Source: Antedon mediterranea (Eukaryota > Animalia > Echinodermata). Taken from it: a DNA stretch of 64,000 nucleotides. The notes below the pieces were generated by a model. The model searched no databases. It had not been told where the DNA came from and saw only the letters and a program-made list of their open reading frames with translations. The stretch lies in contig NC_092679.1 in assembly GCF_964355755.1 (NCBI RefSeq), positions 19,575,432 through 19,639,431 on the forward strand. Direction: 5' to 3'. How positions within the stretch are numbered: position 1 is the first letter of the stretch; the number at the start of each line of letters is the position of its first letter. This document shows positions 52,847 to 64,000 of this stretch, piece after piece. Made by a program: the position numbers and the translations under genes.

Positions 52847-55800
52847 ATACATGGCAAATTTTTTACCATTTTATTTTTAGCTATAAATGGTTACTATAGC
52901 ATAATAACCATGCGCAGAGTCGAATAATGGGTTCTGCGCATCTCAATTGTGCTATAGTAACCAGTTATATCGAAAAATAAAAAGGTCGAAAATTATTTTA
53001 GACATAAATTGTTACTATTGCATAATAAACATGCGCAGAGTCGAATAATGGGTTCTGCGCATCTCAATTATGCTATAGTAACCAGTTATATCGAAAAATA
53101 AAATGGTCGAAAATTATTTTAGACATAAATGGTTACTATTGCATAATAAACATGCGCAGAGTCGAATAATGGGTTCTGCGCATCTCAATTATGCTATAGT
53201 AACCAGTTATATCGAAAAATAAAAAGGTCGAAATTTAGGCAATTTTGGAAAAAATCCTTATACTATAGTACATGGATTTTTTCAAAACATGGCAAATTTT
53301 TTACCATCTTATTTTTAGCCATAAATTGTTACTATAGCATAATAAACATGCGCAGAGTCGAATAATGGGTTCTGCGCATGTCAATTATGCTATAGTAACC
53401 AGTTATGTAAAAAAATAAATAGGTCGAAAATTATTTTAGACATAAATGGTTACTATTGCATAATAAACATGCGCAGAGTCGAATAATGGGTTCTGCGCAT
53501 CTCAATTATGCTATAGTAACCAGTTATATCGAAAAATAAAAAGGTCGAAATTTAGCCAATTTTGGAAAAAATCGCTGTACTATAGTACATGGATTTTTTC
53601 CAAAAATGGTCAATTTTTTACCATTTTATTTTTCGCCATAAATGGTTACTATAGCATAATAAACATGCGCAGACTCTAATAATGGGTTCTGCGCATGTCA
53701 ATTATGCTATAGTAACCCGTTATATCGAAAAATAAAATTGCAAACAAATTATTTTTAGACATAAATGGTTACTATCGCATAATAAACATGCGCAGAGTCG
53801 AATATTGGGTTCTGCGCATCTCAATTATGCTATAGTAACCAGTTATATCAAAAAATAAAAAGGTCGAAATTTAGCCAATTTTTGGAAAAAATCCCTGTAC
53901 TATAGTACATGGATTTTTTCAAAAAATTACAAATTTTTTTCCATTTTACTTTTAGCCATAACTGGTTACTATAGCATAATAAACATGCGCAGAGTCGAAT
54001 AATGGGTTCTGCGCATCTCAATTATGCTATAGTAACCAGTTATATCGAAAAATAAAAAGGTCGAAAATTATTTTAGACATAAATGGTTACTATTGCATAA
54101 TAAACATGCGCAGAGCCTTATAATGGATTCTGCGCATCTCAATTATGCTATAGTAACCAGTTATATCGAAAAATAAAAAGATCGAAATGTAGCCAATTTT
54201 GGAACAAATTCCTGTACTATAGTACCGGGATTTTTTCCAAAAATGGCAATTTTTTACCCTTTTATTTTTAGACATAAATTGTTACTATAGCATAATAAAC
54301 ATGCGCAGAGTCGAATAATGGGTTTTGCGCATCTCAATTATGCTATAGTAACCAGTTATATCGAAAAATAAAAAGGTCGAAATTTAGCCAATTTTGGAAA
54401 AAATCGCTGTACTATAGTACATGGATTTTTTCCAAAAATGGTCAATTTTTTACCATTTTATTTTTCGCCATAAATGGTTACTATAGCATAATAAACATGC
54501 GCAGAGTCTAATAATGGGTTCTGCGCATGTCAATTATGCTATAGTAACCCGTTATATCGAAAAATAAAATTGTAAAAAATTTATTTTTAGACATAAATGG
54601 TTACTATCGCATAATAAACATGCGCAGAGTCGAATAATGGGTTTTGCGCATCTCAATTATGCTATAGTAACCAGTTATATCGAAAAATAAAAAGGTCGAA
54701 ATTTAGCCAATTTTGGAAAAAATCGCTGTACTATAGTACATGGATTTTTTCCAAAAATGGTCAATTTTTTACCATTTTATTTTTCGCCATAAATGGTTAC
54801 TATAGCATAATAAACATGCGCAGAGTCTAATAATGGGTTCTGCGCATGTCAATTATGCTATAGTAACCCGTTATATCGAAAAATAAAATGTTAGAAAATT
54901 ATTTTTAGACATAAATGGTTACTATCGCATAATAAACATGCGCAGAGTCGAATAATGGGTTTTGCGCATCTCAATTATGCTATAGTAACCAGTTATATCG
55001 AAAAATAAAAAGATAGAAATTTAGCCAATTTTGGAACAAATCCCTGTACAGGGATTTTTTCCAAAAATGGCAATTTTTTACCCTTTTATTTTTAGACATA
55101 AATTGTTATTATAGCATAATAAACATGCGCAGAGTCGAATAATGGGTTCTGCGCATGTCAATTATGCTATAGTAACCAGTTATGTAAAAAAATAAATAGG
55201 TCGAAAATTATTTTAGACATAAATGGTTACTATTGCATAATAAACATGCGCAGAGTCGAATAATGGGTTCTTCGCATCTCAATTATGCTATAGTAACCAG
55301 TTATATCGAAAAATAAAAAGGTCGAAATTTAGCCAATTTTGGAAAAAATCCCTGTACTATATATAGTACAGGGATTTTTTCCAAAAATGGCCAATTTTTT
55401 ACCCTTTGATTTTTCGCCATAAATGGTTACTATAGCATAATAAACATGCGCAGAGTCTAATAATGGGTTCTGCGCATGTCAATTATGCTATAGTAACCCG
55501 TTATATCGAAAAATAAAATGTTAGAAAATTATTTTTAGACATAAATGGTTACTATCGCATAATAAACATGCGCAGAGTCGAATAATGGGTTCTGCGCATC
55601 TCAATTATGCTATAGTAACCAGTTATATCAAAAAATAAAAAGGTCGAAATTTAGCCATTTTTTGGAAAAAATCCCTGTACTATAGTACATGGATTTTTTC
55701 AAAAAATGGCAAATTTTTTCCCATTTTACTTTTAGACATAAATGGTTACTATAGCATAATAAACATGCGCAGAGTCTAATAATGGGTTCTGCGCATGTCA

Positions 55801-58800
55801 ATTATGCTATAGTAACCCGTTATATCGAAAAATAAAATGTTAGAAAATTATTTTTAGACATAAATGGTTACTATCGCATAATAAACATGCGCAGAGTCGA
55901 ATAATGGGTTCTGCGCATCTCAATTATGCTATAGTAACCAGTTATATCAAAAAATAAAAAGGTCGAAATTTAGCCATTTTTTGGAAAAAATCCCTGTACT
56001 ATAGTACATGGATTTTTTCAAAAAATGGCAAATTTTTTCCCATTTTACTTTTAGACATAAATGGTTACTATCGCATAATAAACATGCGCAGAGTCGAATA
56101 ATGGGTTCTGCGCATGTCAATTATGCTATAGTAACCAGTTATATCGAAAAATAACAAGGTCGAAAATTATTTTATACATAAATGGTTACTATTGCATAAT
56201 AAACATGCGCAGAGTCTTATAATGGATTCTGCGCATCTCAATTATGCTATAGTAACCAGTTATATCGAAAAATAAAAAGATCGAAATGTAGCCAATTTTG
56301 GAACAAATTCCTGTACTATAGTACAAGGATTTTTTCCAAAAATTGCAATTTTTTACCCTTTTATTTTTCGACATAAATGGTTACTATTGCATAATAAACA
56401 TGCGCAGAGTCGAATAATGGGTTCTGCGCATGTCAATTATGCTATAGTAACCAGTTATATCGAAAAATAAAAAGGTCGAAAATTATTTTAGACATAAATG
56501 GTTACTATTGCATAATAAACATGCGCAGAGTCTTCTAATGGATTCTCCGCATCTCAATTATGCTATAGTAACCAGTTATATCGAAAAATAAAAAGATCGA
56601 AATTTAGCCAATTTTGGAACAAATCCCTGTACTATAGCACAGAGATTTTTTCCAAAAATGGCAATTTTTTACCCTTTTATTTTTAGACAAAAATGGTTAC
56701 TATAGCATAATAAACATGCGCAGAGTCGAATAATGGGTTCTGCGCATGTCAATTATGCTATAGTAACCAGTTATGTAAAAAAATAAATAGGTCGAAAATT
56801 ATTTTAGACATAAATGGTTACTATTGCATAATAAACATGCGCAGAGTCGAATAATGGGTTCTTCGCATCTCAATTATGCTATAGTAACCAGTTATATCGA
56901 AAAATAAAAAGGTCGAAATTGAGCCAATTTTGGAAAAAATCTCTGTACTATATATAGTACAGGGATTTTTTCCAAAAATGGCCAATTTTTTACCCTTTGA
57001 TTTTTCGCCATAAATGGTTACTATAGCATAATAAACATGCGCAGAGTCTAATAATGGGTTCTGCGCATGTCAATTATGCTATAGTAACCCGTTATATCGA
57101 AAAATAAAATGTTAGAAAATTATTTTTAGACATAAATGGTTACTATCGCATAATAAACATGCGCAGAGTCGAATAATGGGTTCTGCGCATCTCAATTATG
57201 CTATAGTAACCAGTTATATCGAAAAATAAAATGGTCGAAAATTATTTTAGACATAAATGGTTACTATTGCATAATAAACATGCGCAGAGTCGAATAATGG
57301 GTTCTGCGCATCTCAATTATGCTATAGTAACCAGTTATATCGAAAAATAAAAAGGTCGAAATTTAGGCAATTTTGGAAAAAATCCTTATACTATAGTACA
57401 TGGATTTTTTCAAAACATGGCAAATTTTTTACCATCTTATTTTTAGCCATAAATTGTTACTATAGCATAATAAACATGCGCAGAGTCGAATAATGGGTTC
57501 TGCGCATGTCAATTATGCTATAGTAACCAGTTATGTAAAAAAATAAATAGGTCGAAAATTATTTTAGACATAAATGGTTACTATTGCATAATAAACATGC
57601 GCAGAGTCCAATAATGGGTTCTGCGCATCTCAATTATGCTATAGTAACCAGTTATATCGAAAAATAAAAAGGTCGAAATTTAGCCAATTTTGGAAAAAAT
57701 CGCTGTACTATAGTACATGGATTTTTTCCAAAAATGGTCAATTTTTTACCATTTTATTTTTCTCCATAAATGGTTACTATAGCATAATAAACATGCGCAG
57801 ACTCTAATAATGGGTTCTGCGCATGTCAATTATGCTATAGTAACCCGTTATATCGAAAAATAAAATTGCAAACAAATTATTTTTAGACATAAATGGTTAC
57901 TATCGCATAATAAACATGCGCAGAGTCGAATATTGGGTTCTGCGCATCTCAATTATGCTATAGTAACCAGTTATATCAAAAAATAAAAAGGTCGAAATTT
58001 AGCCAATTTTTGGAAAAAATCCCTGTACTATAGTACATGGATTTTTTCAAAAAATTACAAATTTTTTTCCATTTTACTTTTAGCCATAACTGGTTACTAT
58101 AGCATAATAAACATGCGCAGAGTCGAATAATGGGTTCTGCGCATCTCAATTATGCTATAGTAACCAGTTATATCGAAAAATAAAAAGGTCGAAAATTATT
58201 TTAGACATAAATGGTTACTATTGCATAATAAACATGCGCAGAGCCTTATAATGGATTCTGCGCATCTCAATTATGCTATAGTAACCAGTTATATCGAAAA
58301 ATAAAAAGATCGAAATGTAGCCAATTTTGGAACAAATTCCTGTACTATAGTACATGGATTTTTTCCAAAAATGGCAATTTTTTACCCTTTTATTTTTAGA
58401 CATAAATTGTTACTATAGCATAATAAACATGCGCAGAGTCGAATAATGGGTTTTGCGCATCTCAATTATGCTATAGTAACCAGTTATATCGAAAAATAAA
58501 AAGGTCGAAATTTAGCCAATTTTGGAAAAAATCGCTGTACTATAGTACATGGATTTTTTCCAAAAATGGTCAATTTTTTACCATTTTATTTTTCGCCATA
58601 AATGGTTACTATAGCATAATAAACATGCGCAGAGTCTAATAATGGGTTCTGCGCATGTCAATTATGCTATAGTAACCCGTTATATCGAAAAATAAAATTG
58701 TAAAAAATTTATTTTTAGACATAAATGGTTACTATCGCATAATAAACATGCGCAGAGTCGAATAATGGGTTTTGCGCATCTCAATTATGCTATAGTAACC

Positions 58801-61800
58801 AGTTATATCGAAAAATAAAAAGGTCAAAATTTAGCCAATTTTGGAAAAAATCGCTGTACTATAGTACATGGATTTTTTCCAAAAATGGTCAATTTTTTAC
58901 CATTTTATTTTTCGCCATAAATGGTTACTATAGCATAATAAACATGCGCAGAGTCTAATAATGGGTTCTGCGCATGTCAATTATGCTATAGTAACCCGTT
59001 ATATCGAAAAATAAAATGTTAGAAAATTATTTTTAGACATAAATGGTTACTATCGCATAATAAACATGCGCAGAGTCGAATAATGGGTTTTACGCATCTC
59101 AATTATGCTATAGTAACCAGTTATATCGAAAAATAAAAAGATAGAAATTTAGCCAATTTTGGAACAAATCCCTGTACAGGGATTTTTTCCAAAAATGGCA
59201 ATTTTTTACCCTTTTATTTTTAGACATAAATTGTTATTATAGCATAATAAACATGCGCAGAGTCGAATAATGGGTTCTGCGCATGTCAATTATGCTATAG
59301 TAACCAGTTATGTAAAAAAATAAATAGGTCGAAAATTATTTTAGACATAAATGGTTACTATTGCATAATAAACATGCGCAGAGTCGAATAATAGGTTCTT
59401 CGCATCTCAATTATGCTATAGTAACCAGTTATATCGAAAAATAAAAAGGTCGAAATTTAGCCAATTTTGGAAAAAATCCCTGTACTATATATAGTACAGG
59501 GATTTTTTCCAAAAATGGCCAATTTTTTACCCTTTGATTTTTCGCCATAAATGGTTACTATAGCATAATAAACATGCGCAGAGTCTAATAATGGGTTCTG
59601 CGCATGTCAATTATGCTATAGTAACCCGTTATATCGAAAAATAAAATGTTAGAAAATTATTTTTAGACATAAATGGTTACTATTGCATAATAAACATGCG
59701 CAGAGTCTTCTAATGGATTCTCCGCATCTCAATTATGCTATAGTAACCAGTTATATCGAAAAATAAAAAGATCGAAATTTAGCCAATTTTGGAACAAATC
59801 CCTGTACTATAGCACAGAGATTTTTTCCAAAAATGGCAATTTTTTACCCTTTTATTTTTAGACAAAAATGGTTACTATAGCATAATAAACATGCGCAGAG
59901 TCGAATAATGGGTTCTGCGCATGTCAATTATGCTATAGTAACCAGTTATGTAAAAAAATAAATAGGTCGAAAATTATTTTAGACATAAATGGTTACTATT
60001 GCATAATAAACATGCGCAGAGTCGAATAATGGGTTCTTCGCATCTCAATTATGCTATAGTAACCAGTTATATCGAAAAATAAAAAGGTCGAAATTTAGCC
60101 AATTTTGGAAAAAATCCCTGTACTATATATAGTACAGGGATTTTTTCCAAAAATGGCCAATTTTTTACCCTTTGATTTTTCGCCATAAATGGTTACTATA
60201 GCATAATAAACATGCGCAGAGTCTAATAATGGGTTCTGCGCATGTCAATTATGCTATAGTAACCCGTTATATCGAAAAATAAAATGTTAGAAAATTATTT
60301 TTAGACATAAATGGTTACTATCGCATAATAAACATGCGCAGAGTCGAATAATGGGTTCTGCGCATCTCAATTATGCTATAGTAACCAGTTATATCGAAAA
60401 ATAAAATGGTCGAAAATTATTTTAGACATAAATGGTTACTATTGCATAATAAACATGCGCAGAGTCGAATAATGGGTTCTGCGCATCTCAATTATGCTAT
60501 AGTAACCAGTTATATCGAAAAATAAAAAGGTCGAAATTTAGGCAATTTTGGAAAAAATCCTTATACTATAGTACATGGATTTTTTCAAAACATGGCAAAT
60601 TTTTTACCATCTTATTTTTAGCCATAAATTGTTACTATAGCATAATAAACATGCGCAGAGTCGAATAATGGGTTCTGCGCATGTCAATTATGCTATAGTA
60701 ACCAGTTATGTAAAAAAATAAATAGGTCAAAAATTATTTTAGACATAAATGGTTACTATTGCATAATAAACATGCGCAGAGTCCAATAATGGGTTCTGCG
60801 CATCTCAATTATGCTATAGTAACCAGTTATATCGAAAAATAAAAAGGTCGAAATTTAGCCAATTTTGGAAAAAATCGCTGTACTATAGTACATGGATTTT
60901 TTCCAAAAATGGTCAATTTTTTACCATTTTATTTTTCTCCATAAATGGTTACTATAGCATAATAAACATGCGCAGACTCTAATAATGGGTTCTGCGCATG
61001 TCAATTATGCTATAGTAACCCGTTATATCGAAAAATAAAATTGCAAACAAATTATTTTTAGACATAAATGGTTACTATCGCATAATAAACATGCGCAGAG
61101 TCGAATATTGGGTTCTGCGCATCTCAATTATGCTATAGTAACCAGTTATATCAAAAAATAAAAAGGTCGAAATTTAGCCAATTTTTGGAAAAAATCCCTG
61201 TACTATAGTACATGGATTTTTTCAAAAAATTACAAATTTTTTTCCATTTTACTTTTAGCCATAACTGGTTACTATAGCATAATAAACATGCGCAGAGTCG
61301 AATAATGGGTTCTGCGCATCTCAATTATGCTATAGTAACCAGTTATATCGAAAAATAAAAAGGTCGAAAATTATTTTAGACATAAATGGTTACTATTGCA
61401 TAATAAACATGCGCAGAGCCTTATAATGGATTCTGCGCATCTCAATTATGCTATAGTAACCAGTTATATCGAAAAATAAAAAGATCGAAATGTAGCCAAT
61501 TTTGGAACAAATTCCTGTACTATAGTACATGGATTTTTTCCAAAAATGGCAATTTTTTACCCTTTTATTTTTAGACATAAATTGTTACTATAGCATAATA
61601 AACATGCGCAGAGTCGAATAATGGGTTTTGCGCATCTCAATTATGCTATAGTAACCAGTTATATCGAAAAATAAAAAGGTCGAAATTTAGCCAATTTTGG
61701 AAAAAATCGCTGTACTATAGTACATGGATTTTTTCCAAAAATGGTCAATTTTTTACCATTTTATTTTTCGCCATAAATGGTTACTATAGCATAATAAACA

Positions 61801-64000
61801 TGCGCAGAATCTAATAATGGGTTCTGCGCATGTCAATTATGCTATAGTAACCCGTTATATCGAAAAATAAAATTGTAAAAAATTTATTTTTAGACATAAA
61901 TGGTTACTATCGCATAATAAACATGCGCAGAGTCGAATAATGGGTTTTGCGCATCTCAATTATGCTATAGTAACCAGTTATATCGAAAAATAAAAAGGTC
62001 GAAATTTAGCCAATTTTGGAAAAAATCGCTGTACTATAGTACATGGATTTTTTCCAAAAATGGTCAATTTTTTACCATTTTATTTTTCGCCATAAATGGT
62101 TACTATAGCATAATAAACATGCGCAGAGTCTAATAATGGGTTCTGCGCATGTCAATTATGCTATAGTAACCCGTTATATCGAAAAATAAAATGTTAGAAA
62201 ATTATTTTTAGACATAAATGGTTACTATCGCATAATAAACATGCGCAGAGTCGAATAATGGGTTTTGCGCATCTCAATTATGCTATAGTAACCAGTTATA
62301 TCGAAAAATAAAAAGATAGAAATTTAGCCAATTTTGGAACAAATCCCTGTACAGGGATTTTTTCCAAAAATGGCAATTTTTTACCCTTTTATTTTTAGAC
62401 ATAAATTGTTATTATAGCATAATAAACATGCGCAGAGTCGAATAATGCGTTCTGCGCATGTCAATTATGCTATAGTAACCAGTTATGTAAAAAAATAAAT
62501 AGGTCGAAAATTATTTTAGACATAAATGGTTACTATTGCATAATAAACATGCGCAGAGTCGAATAATAGGTTCTTCGCATCTCAATTATGCTATAGTAAC
62601 CAGTTATATCGAAAAATAAAAAGGTCGAAATTTAGCCAATTTTGGAAAAAATCCCTGTACTATATATAGTACAGGGATTTTTTCCAAAAATGGCCAATTT
62701 TTTACCCTTTGATTTTTCGCCATAAATGGTTACTATAGCATAATAAACATGCGCAGAGTCTAATAATGGGTTCTGCGCATGTCAATTATGCTATAGTAAC
62801 CCGTTATATCGAAAAATAAAATGTTAGAAAATTATTTTTAGACATAAATGGTTACTATCGCATAATAAACATGCGCAGAGTCGAATAATGGGTTCTGCGC
62901 ATCTCAATTATGCTATAGTAACCAGTTATATCAAAAAATAAAAAGGTCGAAATTTAGCCATTTTTTGGAAAAAATCCCTGTACTATAGTACATGGATTTT
63001 TTCAAAAAATGGCAAATTTTTTCCCATTTTACTTTTAGACATAAATGGTTACTATCGCATAATAAACATGCGCAGAGTCGAATAATGGGTTCTGCGCATG
63101 TCAATTATGCTATAGTAACCAGTTATATCGAAAAATAAAAAGGTCGAAAATTATTTTAGACATAAATGGTTACTATTGCATAATAAACATGCGCAGAGTC
63201 TTATAATGGATTCTGCGCATCTCAATTATGCTATAGTAACCAGTTATATCGAAAAATAAAAAGATCGAAATGTAGCCAATTTTGGAACAAATTCCTGTAC
63301 TATAGTACAAGGATTTTTTCCAAAAATTGCAATTTTTTACCCTTTTATTTTTAGACATAAATGGTTACTATTGCATAATAAACATGCGCAGAGTCGAATA
63401 ATGGGTTCTGCGCATGTCAATTATGCTATAGTAACCAGTTATATCGAAAAATAAAAAGGTCGAAAATTATTTTAGACATAAATGGTTACTATTGCATAAT
63501 AAACATGCGCAGAGTCTTCTAATGGATTCTCCGCATCTCAATTATGCTATAGTAACCAGTTATATCGAAAAATAAAAAGATCGAAATTTAGCCAATTTTG
63601 GAACAAATCCCTGTACTATAGCACAGAGATTTTTTCCAAAAATGGCAATTTTTTACCCTTTTATTTTTAGACAAAAATGGTTACTATAGCATAATAAACA
63701 TGCGCAGAGTCGAAAAATGGGTTCTGCGCATGTCAATTATGCTATAGTAACCAGTTATGTAAAAAAATAAATAGGTCGAAAATTATTTTAGACATAAATG
63801 GTTACTATTGCATAATAAACATGCGCAGAGTCGAATAATGGGTTCTGCGCATCTCAATTATGCTATAGTAACCAGTTATATCGAAAAATAAAAAGGTCGA
63901 AATTTAGCCAATTTTGGAAAAAAATCGCTGTACTATAGTACATGGATTTTTTCCAAAAATGGTCAATTTTTTACCATTTTATTTTTCGCCATAAATGGTT
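52847..64000. repeat. Satellite array of palindromic 121-bp and 196-bp monomers with higher-order repeat; runs off the window end
   Basis: Core GGTTACTATAGCATAATAAACATGCGCAGAGTCGAATAATGGGTTCTGCGCATCTCAATTATGCTATAGTAACC repeated about 70 times. Confidence 0.98.

Noticed and set aside
52847-64000. CRISPR-like array or repeated 61-aa protein (MSKNKRVKNC...)
   Set aside because: No unique spacers, no cas genes and a eukaryotic context; the ORFs are chance open frames in particular satellite variants.

Overview
AT-rich, intron-rich animal genomic DNA, most likely an invertebrate deuterostome. An echinoderm is my guess, inferred from the Otx N-terminus, a Deu-type SINE and TAGGCCTA enrichment; it is not proven. 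Two genes lie head-to-tail on the + strand. (1) The 3' part of EHBP1: 13 well-supported coding exons at 3523-26834 that join in one frame and encode a calponin-homology domain, coiled coils, a bMERB Rab-binding domain and a C-terminal CaaX box (CVVQ*), plus candidate small exons; the 5' NT-C2 exons lie upstream of the window. (2) A complete three-exon Otx coding region (48650-51611; K50 homeodomain, WSP motif, Otx tail) with candidate distal and proximal promoters and clusters of TAATCC sites. This is the known ancient EHBP1-Otx microsynteny. The non-coding DNA carries at least seven copies of one Harbinger-like MITE, tRNA-derived SINEs, a well-folded tRNA-like gene in Otx intron 1 and several local tandem repeats. 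From about 52.85 kb to the window end lies an 11 kb satellite built of nested palindromes (121 and 196 bp monomers) with a roughly 4.1 kb higher-order repeat. I see no clearly new protein-coding system; the most unusual signals are the satellite, candidate microexons and regulatory architecture. All coordinates and counts were read by eye.
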